A stretch of DNA of 64,000 nucleotides, taken from NCBI GenBank assembly GCA_035084275.1, contig CM068769.1, positions 1,984,001 to 2,048,000 of the forward strand. The letters run 5' to 3'. The DNA is from Hydrolagus colliei (taxonomy: Eukaryota). The translations under genes were made by a program, and so were the position numbers. Positions 23,231 through 35,340 of the stretch are shown here, piece by piece. How positions within the stretch are numbered: position 1 is the first letter of the stretch; every line of letters starts with the position of its first letter. Under the pieces are notes generated by a model. That model searched no databases. It saw only the letters and a list, made by a program, of their open reading frames with translations, and had not been told where the DNA came from.

Positions 23231-23859
23231 CTGTGATCAAAATGCCTGCTAATAATCCGTCCAAAACATCCCACAACACAATAATAAGATTGTTCGTTTC
23301 AATCCACGACTGTTTGTGGGACAGTGCTGAGCACAATTTTCTGCCACGTTTCACACACAAATATATAGTCAATCCACTTTACTATGTATTCTGTGTAGTG
23401 CATTGAGACGTCTAGAGGACGTAAAAAGCGCTATATCAAATGGAAGGATTATTATTATTTACTTATTATTTATAAAATGATCATATTTGTTGAAAAGCAA
23501 ATTCATGCTAAGCGAAATTATGTCGAGTATTGATCAGATGACTTGTATCGTAAGTCAGAGTACTGATGTGACAGTATATTGGTATCTTGAGTTTTCTGAC
23601 ATTTGCTATAAGGCGCTAGAACAAACTCTAGGCTGAATGATACCGTAATTTTGTTTAAAGAAATCAAAAAGTGGTTAAAAGAGGAAGTTAATAAAAAAAA
23701 AGCATTACTTAGGGCCATGTAAGCTATGATTTACTGAGAGCACAGTACACGTCCACCACATGGGCATTGTGATCCAGTGACTGACATTCACTCTCCAACT
23801 TGTGGCTGTTTATTGGGAATGTTGAAGAAATGTGGAGACACACAGTGACTATACAGCCC

Positions 23860-24030
23860 AGATACAGAGCCACGCCCATACCGTTATGGCGCCGCCCACA
23901 CAGAGCCCAACCACACAGCCACAACCCCGCCCACACAGCCGCAGCCCTGCCCACACATTGGCCCGCCTGCAACTCAAAACCCCGCCCAAAACGACACAGC
24001 TCCCGCCCACACCGCCAAAGTCCCGCCCAC
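23860..24030. repeat. GC-rich degenerate minisatellite
   Basis: Recurring 'cccgcccacacagcc/ccacacagagcc' units. Confidence 0.55.
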
Positions 24031-25046
24031 TCAGTGTCAGTTTAACAGAGTGACCCGCCCTTATTCACTGCCAGCACACAATGCCACCAATACCCAGTCA
24101 CTGCCCTGACCACATAGAGGCAATTCACCCTATCACTTCCACGCTTATTAATTAATTGCCCTGCACACACAGAATGTTACCTACGCAGATACTATCCCGA
24201 CCAAATGATGTCCTTGAGAGAGCCAAGTAACAGAGTCCCTCCCTGTCCACACAGAGCACGACAATACGGAACCCCAATCACCCAGCCATACACAGCTACG
24301 TCTACAAATGGTAGAAGGCAGTAGCTGGTCTGACGTGTGGAATAGATTAATGTCAACATATTTAGGGAAAGTTGATCTAGGGGATTTTGCACTTCAAGTG
24401 CCTTGGTTTGACGACTGTCAATTTGGGAAAAGTGGGAGGACAGACTCGTGTTTCTCCCACAAACAATTTGTTGTTCAATGTTCCCTGTGAAGCGAAACCA
24501 GAATTTATCCCTGAAGAATATAAATATGATTTGTCGTTTGTTTTTAAGGTTTCCTACTTCGTGAATAACCACATAACAAAGAACTCTACGTGACAGTATT
24601 CCCCAGACAACAATCTATGCATTAATCTTTGTTACAATAATAGTATAAGCGTATTAATATTTTTTTGATAAGCCTTGCCTTTGGTGAAGCGCCTTATCAC
24701 GTTTCCAACACATCCCAACGCTCTGTATGGAAACTACTGTAAGTTAATACGTTACATATTATATGGGCGAAACACTGCTGCCAGTTGCAAACGTTATAGT
24801 TTTATTAGCTTAAGTGACAATGTCAAACAATTATGATTATTATTGGAAGGATAATTATCCTTGAAAATATCTCTTTCATGGTAATAAATGAGATCCTATT
24901 TACTGGTGGTATAACATGTAAACGAATAAACGTTTTGCTGTGCCATGACTCAACCCAGGTGCTCTCACTGCAGGCCTAAATATGTGTGTGTGTGTTTGTG
25001 GGGGGGGGGGGGGGGGGGGGTGTTATGGCAGGATCAGTATTCGGTG

Positions 25047-26107
25047 GGGCCCAGTGCACAGTAATATGCAGCGGAGTTTGGAAATCTCACTTTGGATGTT
25101 GTTTATGGCTCATTTCCCCATTGTATCGACTTTTCTTGAGAACCATTCGTTAGCAAATTCTGCAAGGTCCGTTTTGCTGCTTTGGAGAGAATGCTAAGGA
25201 TATACCCTATAGCTTTGTTGGGATAGTGACGGTACCAGAACAGATACAGTGTGCAGCAGCTTCCAACTGTATAATTACACTGCAGATACACATCCTCCCA
25301 TTCATTCACTGTCACAGTTGACTGGAGTGTCATAGTGCCTCCAAAATGTTTTCCCGGAAAACAGACACACAGCAGGGTTCAGTAGAATAATAGCAACAAT
25401 GATAATACAATACAGCAGCTTCTCGCGTCTTGTAGACGAATTAATTTGTATCATACACTGCATAATGTAAATCGAATAGCGCGCAAATGTTGCCCACAAT
25501 CGGTCGTGGAATGATTGTCCAAATTGTTATTAGTATCTGAAGTTTGTAGGTATAACTACTCTCACGAAGCTATCCGCCAAAACGCCATCTGTTGCATACC
25601 GAATTCGTTATATGTAAAAACCATGACTAGTGCGGAGAAAATAATCGTTGAAAATGTTTCCACCTGTTCAGTTGTGTGTTGCAATTTTTCATGTCCTCAA
25701 TGTTCAGTTCTGAACAGCCATGTCCCACAAACAGTCGTGAGTTTCTCGATCAAACTACTATCATTTAAAAATTATTCTTAGAAAGCGATTCGTTAATTGA
25801 AGAACAATAACAACAAGAACATTAGTATCGCGCCTTTTCACTCCAGGAGAACATCCCAAGGGGCTCGTAAAAACAAGTGGTTTCCTGCGTATGGTTTACA
25901 CACAGCGACTTGAGATGATAGAACGCGTGTTCGAGTTTTCTCCCCCGTTCCCGGGAATTGAACCCTGGCTCTCCCGCTTGAGAAGGGATCATTCTAAACT
26001 CTATCCTTCCGATAGTATATAATGTGCGCATCATGCATTGGTCATGTCCAAACATACGTACTGGTTATAGTGAGAATTGCTGTCAGTAATAGGCAGTGGG
26101 CTCCCAT
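25047..26107 (-). pseudogene. TCR alpha/delta V pseudogene, paralog of 17639-17951 (V about 25047-25353, probable leader 26062-26107)
   Basis: TLQSTVTVNEWEDVYLQCNY...YLFWYRHYPNKA is followed by a frameshift and stop. The acceptor reads CGG instead of CAG. The RSS is reduced to CACCGAA with a poly-G run at the nonamer. Leader: MGAHCLLLTAILTIT|GTACGT. Confidence 0.82.
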
Positions 26108-26319
26108 GCTGGCTGCTGAGCTGTGGGCAGATAATTGAGTCTCTTCATTGATAAGTGTTTGCTTTGCTGCTTCAGTTGAATGTTGTGAGGCAGCGGCGGG
26201 TCTGACCTGTGCAGTGTGCTATTGTCTACATGTGTAGGCGTTGCCCACTAACCAGTGGATCTGGAACTTGATCTACCGCATATTGGGACGTCCTCTCCAC
26301 CTGGAGCTTTTGTTTTTCA

Positions 26320-26600
26320 GTGATTGGAGCACTCGCGTTACAGGCTTGAGACATGATTTCGAATCCAGGCACATCAGGGCGAAACCTTCGGCAAGTTTCC
26401 TTAAAACAGACACACGCCTAATAATAATAAAAACGCACAATAATAAGACTTGTCTTTTCAATCCATGACTGTTTGTGCAATTGCCTGCTGCGTTTTCCTC
26501 GCAAATACACAGTCAATTCGCTAGACAGTATATTCTGTGAAACGGTTTGAGACGTCAAGTAACTGTGAAAATCGCTAAATGAAATGCAAGTACTAATACT
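26320..26600 (+). mobile_element. Deu-domain SINE copy
   Basis: 'gagcactcgcgttacagg...ttcgaatccagg...gtgcaattgcctgctgcgttt...gaaaatcgctaaatgaaatgcaag'. Confidence 0.7.
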
Positions 26601-28341
26601 ATCATATATTTATAGTTGTTTTTTTGTTGCTGTTTCGGTAATTAGCAGCTGGTGTATCTGGGAAAATAATGAAATGTAGACTTGCAATAAGCCCACAAAG
26701 AAACAGATATAGGTGAACGCAACTCACAAGTGAGCCGACTTGGGTTTGATTCCCAGGCAGGGCGATACTTGGGCAAATGTTCTTAATCTATCCACGCAGC
26801 TACATGTCGTTAATAATGAGTCGGATCCTGTAACTCTGTCTATTGGTGGATCCCGTTGCTGCCATAATCAATCCTTCTAATATAAATAATAATAATAATA
26901 ACAATGTGTTCCTTCCGTCACCGGCTGTTTTGGGAAAATGTTCTGGGCAATTCACTGCCACGTTTCACAAACGAAATATACAATCAGTAGTTTATAGAGT
27001 AGATCGTCTGTTGTACGTTTATGGGAAAGGTGATGAAACACTATATCGAAATTAAAAACAACAATTCTTATAACTCGCACAACAGTATATTCCTTGAAGT
27101 ACTTTGAGGCATCTTGAAGATTCGAAATCGGACTGTATGAATTATATGGATTGTTTTTGTTGTTGTGAATGCATTCATTTGTGTGATGAATGCTTTAATT
27201 GTGCAGCCTTAGACTTAGTGCAGTAAACATTTACTTTGTGCCTTCAAGGGTTTACTATCTTTTTCAAAAGTGAAAGTTGCTACAGCAAAGGCAGTTACTG
27301 TTGCTAGTATTATCAACAATGTCGTTCGTTCTTTTGTTGGCAATGTATCCACGGGAAGAAGCTGTTAACTATGTTTTCTAAAATGAGATAACGTAGGCCA
27401 GTATTACAAGTTCTCCCAAAATTATACCAACAAAAAAACTATTATAGAAATCTAACACCTTGATCAAAGCACTAAGATCCATGGAAGGGCAGATGCTTGC
27501 TTGTGAGAATTACAACAATAAACAAACCGTGATAGCAAAATTGCTCCTTAGTTAACCGAAGCCTTGTGTTATTCAGGATTGAGTCAAACCTTTGCACATG
27601 ACCGCTGAGCCAGCGATAGTGTATAGCAGGGAAACACTATCAGCTGTAACAGGAAGCACCTTATTTGGCTGCCAAGTCAGTTGTTACAGAAAGCAACGTG
27701 GGAAGTTATGTCAGTGGCTGCTGATTTTATAGGTGTGTTTAAAGAGCGACATGTGTTGGCTGATTGCAGCTATAACACATGTACTGCAGAGAAAAATGAT
27801 TGCAAATTGATGTCGATTGAATCTTTCCTGTTCCTGTCCTAATCGTTGAATAGTTACGCATTATTCTCATTTCCCTTCTCGTTTCTCATAATGCCTGTGC
27901 TTCACTGGGAAATTCGACTCCAAACTCATTGCGACTTGTCTCTCCGTATACTTGTCAGTCCCAATTTAACTTTATTCCTTGTGCTGTTCTTGTACTTAGT
28001 AATGTTACATTTCGTTTCATTGACGTTAAGAATTTACATTATAGGTGCATAAGATTTTCACTGATCCCAGAAATGGGATCAGCTGTAGTTTCGGTCGGAT
28101 ACGTCGGTGTTCTATCTACTGAGCTACAGGAGCTTACTATATTCACAAAAGAAGCGGGTTCACGCTTACAGCAAGTTAATCAGAGATGTGCGGAGAAAGG
28201 AAACTTGCATAACCAGAACACTTGTAATTACATAGCGCCTTCTACGCAGCTTAGAGACTTTCTCCCTCAATCAGAATCGAACCCAGGTCCTGCCGCTGTC
28301 GAGTTCATTGCTCTAACCAATATGGCACATAACGCCACAAG

Positions 28342-28674
28342 GGTTTTTGTACGGGTGTCTCGGGGATGCCTTCGCTGTGGGCCTCAGTGCACAAACATAG
28401 GCAGCGGTGTCGCTGAGCTGGAGGTTGTCGATCTTGAACTGGAAATGTTTCTTAGAAGAATCCATCAGGGCAGAGAAGCGTTCCTGACTAATATCCTTCC
28501 CGTAGGAATGCCTTCGGATGAGGAAAGCGGGCCCTTCACTGCGGCGCAGGCTGTACAGCAGCACTGATTTGCTGTCAGTAGTCGTGGAGACATTACAGCT
28601 GATAGTCAGTGTGGCGCCTTCGAAACGCCAGGCTGCTTTCGGGCTCTGCCTCACCGAATCCCCATCGCTGATTC
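28342..28674 (-). CDS. TCR alpha/delta V exon, open frame but Trp41 absent (RSS 28342-28379)
   Basis: ISDGDSVRQSPKAAWRFEGATLTISCNVSTTTDSKSVLLYSLRR...DTAAYVCALRP. RSS: CACAGCG-22-ACAAAAACC. No convincing leader was found. Confidence 0.75.
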
Positions 28675-28769
28675 CTACAGAACACAATTGTGTAATTAAG
28701 TGATGAAACTATCAATAATATGGTAGAAAACAAACGCTATTGTGTGCCACATTTCATAGAGCATATGTA

Positions 28770-29090
28770 GCTCCTGTAGCTCAGAGGTAGGAGCACTCGC
28801 CTTACAAACGTGTGTCCTTTGTTGATATGCATGCAGATCAGGATGAGACTTTGTGCGAGTTTCCTTACTCCACATGCGCGATTAATAATAATCCCTCCGA
28901 AAAAACACAATATTGTGGTAAAAACTGGTCATTTTCAACGCACGACTGTTTGTGGGAACTTTGCTGTGTGCAATTGGCTGCCGCGTTGCACCCACAACTA
29001 TACAGTCAGTTCACTTTAATGTTTAATCTGTGAAGCGCTTCGAGACGTCGATAAGATGTGAAAAGCGCTACATCAAATCAACGGTTATAA
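28770..29090 (+). mobile_element. Near full-length Deu-domain SINE copy
   Basis: 'agctcctgtagctcagaggtaggagcactcgccttacaa' tRNA-like head through an 'aagcgcttcgagacgtc...aaaagcgctacatcaaat' tail. Confidence 0.8.
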
Positions 29091-30039
29091 TTACTGTATA
29101 CTATGACACAATTTGAGACGCTTTTAGAATGTCTCCACCCACGCGGATATTTTGTTCTACAAGATGAATGTCTGTAAGAATTTGTCAGTCATTTGAAAAT
29201 TAAATTGCATCGTCCTTCAAATGAAAACGTGTAATAATAATCATCCTTCATCCTCTGCTTGTTCCCGAACACTCTGTTCCAACATCGGAGATAGCCACTA
29301 TTCCTCGAGGCTCTGGAACTCACTTTGTCACTCACTTCGCTTCTCGCCCTCCCTTCCCATTTTCATTTCTCAGCGTTAGAACTTTCTCTTCGACCTTGGT
29401 CTTCGGTCAGATTTCTCTCTCTGCCCCTGGCTCGCCCTCAGGATCGATTATTGGGAAGCGCTCTCAGACGCCGTCCGGCACGGAGAGCACTATATAAATC
29501 AGTGTTGTAAACCCTAAACCTCTGTTCTCCCAATGAGGAGAATCACTATTTGGACATTTGAAAATCGAGGTGTGTGTTTGACCACAAAATGACAGTGAAT
29601 AAGAATTAGCTGTGTGATTAAAGACGGGTAGTCTGTATGTAGTCTGTAATGAGTTGATGAACAACACTTTCTCGAATAAATAGATATAACATTGGATCAT
29701 TCAATGATTCAAAGCAAACTCCATTCTAAACGCGTTAAACAAATATTATGTGCATAATGCTTCGTATTGTAATGCTCTACATTGAGGATAGACTGGAGAT
29801 ACCAGCAAGGCAACGCTGACAACAAGACCACAAAGGTACATTGACACGCAACTGACTGGATATTACAAAATGTGGAGGAAATCCAAAATTTCATAAAAGA
29901 GATGTGTAATAAACAAAATGGTTATGATTTTGGTTTTGAAATGTATTATGGAAATGTTAATTCAATTGAGATCGACCCAAACACTGCAGAAACATGGGAA
30001 ACGAGTTTGCATGAGTGAAAAATATTCCCAATTCTTCAT

Positions 30040-30400
30040 TTGATATAGCTTTCATTTCACATCATACTGACGTCCCAAAGCGCTTCCCAGAATATACTGT
30101 AAAGTGAATTGACTGTATATTTGTATGCGAAATTAGGCAGCCAAATGCACATTGCAGTATCCCACAAAGATTCGTGGATTGAAATTTGCCAATGTTGTTA
30201 TTGTGGGTACTCCCGACGGCTCGATCAATGCAATTTTGTTCTTGTTGCGGTAGTGTTGGATTTTTTGAATGGATTATTATTAGGCGTGAGTTTGGAGTAA
30301 GGCAACTGCCCAAGGTTTCAACCTGACCAGCCTAGGGTCGAACACAGGTCTTGCGGTTCTAAGGCGAGTGCTCTAACCACTGAGCTACAGGATCTCCACT
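30040..30400 (-). mobile_element. Deu-domain SINE copy
   Basis: Minus-strand head 'atcctgtagctcagtggttagagcactcgccttagaa' with the same core and tail. Confidence 0.8.
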
Positions 30401-31839
30401 TTTATTATATTACAAAGTCCTGACCTGGAAAGCTGACAAGAGCTGCAAATTGAAATTGGCAATGTACGTTTTATTAGATACAACATGTGCTTCTCTGTTA
30501 ACTCTATCTCAACGTATTTGAAATAAGTGAAGCTTTCTGTGCAATAAATATCTTTTGTTGGAGCAAGTTTCCTTCTGGTATGGTCATGTGCCTCATAGCT
30601 GCTTGCGGTTGACGGGTTGATGACCTGTCATCAAAATCTTACAATTGATCATTTCAAACCAAGTCTGTTTTCGGGGACGCTGGTGTGTGCAATCGGCTGC
30701 CGCGTCTCGCTCTCCCACAAATAAACGGTCAATTCACTTTACAGCATATTCTGTGAGGCGATTGGAAACACCTCCAAGAAGACATAAAAACCGAGATATT
30801 AGATGCAAGGATTACTACTTTTATTACCTACACAAACAACGTTGGTTGATGAGCTCAAGCTCCACTCCAGATGTAGGATTTGAACACAGAATCTTCGCAT
30901 TCAATGGAGAGAGAGAGCGACCAAACTTCACACAGAGAAGGTATTACATATGGTGCTATACTGTCCTGAATCCAGTAGTTAAACAAAAACAACAGCAACA
31001 AAATGATATTACTGGAACACCTTTCACGTTGGTAAGATGTTCCTAGTTGCTGAACTCATTATTCTGAAAAGCGCTTTGCGACGTTATATAAAATGCAAGA
31101 TGTATTATTATTATGATTATATAACTGGGATCTGTCGAATCCTGACTAACCAACAGGGCAGGGCAGGAGACATATTCAGGTTTGGGTGGGACTAAAACCT
31201 CAGGCTATATATATTTGGATTCGAGAGGAACACATACCGAGAAAGTGAGAAGGAGAATGGGTACAACCAGCCAACCAACTAACTGACTAACTAGTTGACT
31301 GAGTGACAAACCAACCGGAAGCGAGAATGCGTGAGAAGGACACAGTGTGAGAAAGAGAGCGAGGCAGAGTGCTGATGAGAAGGTATGATTTGTCTCCTTA
31401 GGAAAGACAGGTGGAGAGTCTGTTGTTTGAACTGAGACACATACTCTGACTGATGCATAGACCTGCTGGGTCTATGGATATGTAGGGCTGTGAGGAACCA
31501 CAAGATAAACTGGGCAAGTTCTCAATGGATAAGGTGAAGTGGAACCAAAGTTTACGGCCTGTGATTCAAATACATAAAAACTGATCTAAAGTAAATGCGT
31601 GGAACAGGCTCTCGATGCAGATAGAGGGATGATAGAAGCAGAAATTGTTGATTCTTTCAACAATAAAGCAGATGAATTTATATTGGAAAATAAGATCTGG
31701 GGATACTATTATTTATAATGTATGTTTTTTGGGACACGACAGGTCAAGCAACTGCCATGATAGTGGATGGTGAATTGGTTTGTCATTGGACTTCTTTCGT
31801 CTTATGGACAAGTTCTTATGTCCATCTGTCTTTGGCTTT

Positions 31840-32260
31840 GTGTCTTTGTCTATCTCTGTGCATCTGTATATGGCTGTCTGTCTATTGTGTCTGTTTGTGC
31901 ATGAGTGTGTCTGTGTAACTGTGTGTGCGTGTCTATTTAGTATATTTATACGTGCTTGAGTGTGTATATCTGTGTGAACGTGTCCGTCTTTATGTGTGTG
32001 TGCATGTGTGTGTGACGATTTGTATCTGTGTGTGCGTGTCTGTCTACATACGTCTCTGTGTGTATATCTGTATGTTCTTGTCTGTCTATATGTGTCTGTG
32101 ATTGTTTGTGTATACTTGTGTGTGTATATCTGTGTGCGTGCGCATCCTTGTGTTTCTTTGTTTCTGTGTGTGCATGTCTGTCTACGTGTGTGTGTTTGTG
32201 TGTATATCTGTGTGTGTGTGTCTGAAAATGAATATCTGTGTAGATGCGTGTGGGGGACAT
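31840..32260. repeat. (TG)n-rich low-complexity tract
   Basis: Degenerate tgtgtg/tatc repeats. It produces several spurious Cys/Val or Thr/His ORFs. Confidence 0.85.
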
Positions 32261-33069
32261 AGACAAACTGAAGACTTTCAAAGTAGAAAGAGCAAATTTT
32301 AACCACTATGAATTATTTGTCGTCTACACCAACAGAAAACTGCTAACTTAGCCTTGGATCAACTTCATTTTCCTTCCACACACCAGGAGGTTCAAGGTGC
32401 TTCGAATCTCGTTGTTCTATTGTCTATTGGGAGACACTCTCAAGCCTGCAAATGTTCTTTCACCGATTTCAAGGAAGCCTTCTGTTCTGCTCAAGTCGGT
32501 GAGGAAGGAATCCTTGGCGCTGGCGGGTTTTTTCCAGCGCAATTGACCAATATGATTATACGGTGATAATATGAAGCCAGATTCACTTACTCCCTTGAAT
32601 CAAAAGCACAGATATATATGCAGATACGCAAACACAGACACATACACACGCACACAACTAGATAGTGAAACAACATCAACATATAACTTTGGACTGTTTT
32701 CCCTCGCGTTTTCTAAGGTAAGAGATGATCTAATTGAGGTTTTGAAACTAATAGTGCAGTTCGATGGTAGAGGTACAGAGAAATGATTACCTCTGTTGCG
32801 AGGAATCAAGAACAATAGAAATATATATTAATACTCATACTTGCATCTGATTTGCCGAACTATAATTTCTTCGAGACGTCTGAAAGACCACAACTGAATA
32901 AACCGTGAACTGTATTGACTGTTTCCTTGGCGAAACCACAGCATATTATCTTAGAATTAGATTTGAGACATTACGAATGAAATCACAAAGTGCATGTTGG
33001 GTGGAATGTTTAATACTGACGTGGATAAAGGTTTGGCAGGTCAGAGTATGAAAGTTTTTATATTAATAA

Positions 33070-33370
33070 CTTTTCCATTTGAGATAGCGCTTTTCATGTC
33101 TGATCGACGTCAAAATGCGCTTCACAGAATATACTGTAAAGTGAATTGACTGTCTATTATTCGCGGGCAACACGCGGCAGCAAATTGCGCACAGCAGACA
33201 TGGGTGTAAATTACCAATTTTTATTATTGTGTGTTTTTTGGGAACGGATTATCATTAGACGAGTGTGCTCAGCAAGGAAACTTGCCCAAGGTTTTGCCAA
33301 GGCCTGCCTGGTTTCAAGCACAGTTCTCACGCTTGACAGGCGAGCGCTCGCACCACTGACCTACAGGAAT
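33070..33370 (-). mobile_element. Deu-domain SINE copy
   Basis: Same head, core and tail pattern as the other copies. Confidence 0.72.
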
Positions 33371-34169
33371 CCGCAGCACAGAGTATCCCAGCTGATCGGC
33401 ATGTCCCGGAAGAATGGAACCTCTAACTGAACTCCTGTTAACCCTGCAGTCAAAACCCTGACTGCCGAGTGAGCTGCACAAGCAGTGAGAAGGTTGGCTA
33501 AACTCTTTTCTCAATTGCATACTACGTGGGTTTGAATGGTAAGATACCAGCAGTCACCCCAAAATACACTCTGGCCTGCCTTGAAACTTTACTTTTTGCC
33601 AACCAGCACCTAAATTCAAATAGCACCTTGTTACTTCCTCGAGACACCTCAAATTGATTCGTAGATCGTTGTATCAAGTGAATTGATTCAGTATTTGCGT
33701 GCGAAACACGACAGCAAATTGGCCACAACGTTGCTCTACAAACACTCGTGGATAGACTGACCAAACTATTATTATTATTCATTATTACGTTTATGGGAAA
33801 GAATGGGAACACTGCTGTATGAATTATTGTTGTTGTTTTGGAGAGGAATGGGACAGTTGTAGTGTAGATATTGGACAAATATTTTCAAAATTAACCCACT
33901 GCCTTTTATCTTATCTTTTTTCCAGTCGTAAGGGCCAGAATAATAAGTGGAACCGTAGTTTCGATGGACGAGAACAGTTTCACAAATTTGGCTCAATACA
34001 ACGTCAAACAAATGGAGGTATGTTAACGACACACTTAACATGTACAGCCAATTCCCTTGACAGTAAATCCTGTGAAGCACTTTAAGAAGTCAAAATACTT
34101 CATTAGGCGCTATATCAAAAGCATGGAATGTTAACATTACTATACTGTGTTCCAGCCAGGGCTGGCGAA

Positions 34170-34490
34170 TAATAATAATAGTAATGCTTGTTATTGCTAT
34201 AGCGGCTTTTCACATCTACATACAAGTCTCAAAGCGCTTCACAGAAAATGTTGTAAAGTTTATTGACAGTACTGTATAATTGTGGCGAAACTCGGCAGCC
34301 AATTGCGCACAGCAGTCGTGGATTGAAAAGACCAATTTTTATTATTGTGTTTTGTTTGTCGTTGTTATTATTAAGCATATGTGTCGAGCAAGGAAATTTT
34401 CCCAAGGTATAGCCATGATCTGTCTGGAAACGCACACAGGTCTCATTCTTGTAAGGCGAGTGCTCTAACCAATGAGCTAAAGGAGCTCAA
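34170..34490 (-). mobile_element. Deu-domain SINE copy
   Basis: Minus-strand head 'agctcctttagctcattggttagagcactcgccttacaag' with core and tail. Confidence 0.75.
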
Positions 34491-34659
34491 CTTCCATGAT
34501 TCTTTCATATCAGGGAAGCGTGCAAAGGAACTGGACAGTCAAAGGTCCGCTCCACCATCAGCCTTTTTATCCCACCCTACGAAAGTCCATTCGATTTTGC
34601 TTTGCCCACTTCCACGCCTAGTTCAAAACCTGCCTCAAACTACTCCTCAAAATAAATTG

Positions 34660-35340
34660 CATTAAGAGATATGGGGCAAATCTGGAGAATTGGCAATCGA
34701 TTTAAGATTAGTCTGGATCTTATAGAATAGAAGAACAGTCTTGATCGTAATCCAGATTGTGGGGGATGAGAGACTGAATCTCCGGCCACCAATGGTGGAG
34801 CGGTTCGGGTGGGGGACAAGGAACAGATCAGAGCCCGATGAATGAAGTGGATGGGCAGGCTGATAGGGGGACAGCAGAGAGAGAGGTGCGCGCAAGGCTG
34901 TTAATAGCCATCAGATTGAGGAAAAGGTTATTGATTTCTAGTGATGAGTGTAGTGATGGAAGAGAGATCTTACTGTGTGACTGAGAGCAAGTCCATTATG
35001 GCGAGGACTGTGGTGGTGGAGAGTGGGGAGGGTTTATGGTTGGGGTGGTCACTTGGGGGAGAGAGAGCATGCTGTGTGACAGGAAGCCAGTGGAGCCTGG
35101 TGCGGGCTCTGGTGGTGGTGTTGGGGCGGGCGGGGAATATGGGGGTGTGGAGAGAGTTTAGTGTGGTATTGGGAGCCAGTAGAGGCTGGCGAGGAGTGGA
35201 GTGAATGGAGGAGATTGAGTTTAGAGTGATATGGAGGAAGTGGTGTCTACTGGATTTGATTAATGGGCGATAGAATTCAGGATGTGTGTGTATGTGGGCG
35301 GTGGGCGTGGTGTTGTATTTACAATCGTCATTTTTTTCTG
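34660..35340 (-). mobile_element. L2 LINE fragments
   Basis: Translation ...STIGGRRFSLSSPTIW resembles the L2 C-terminal GGRAFS..APTLWN motif. The upstream part resembles decayed endonuclease-region sequence. Confidence 0.6.

Noticed and set aside
24192-24593. ORFs with a DVAVY (DxAVY-like) motif
   Set aside because: No Cys23, Trp41 or Cys104 and no RSS, so not a V segment. No other recognisable homology.
28770-28850. tRNA gene-like sequences (also at about 30330-30400, 34420-34490, 50285-50350)
   Set aside because: These are SINE heads. A and B boxes run directly into the SINE body without a full cloverleaf.
29709-29894. C...WYLQ ORF as a V remnant or as the leader of the 28380-28674 V
   Set aside because: It has no FR3 or RSS and no suitable donor site.
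31713-32306. Thr/His-rich and Cys/Val-rich ORFs (also 47323-47951, 49851-50200, 50877-51297, 53219-53688)
   Set aside because: They are translations of CA/TG microsatellites.
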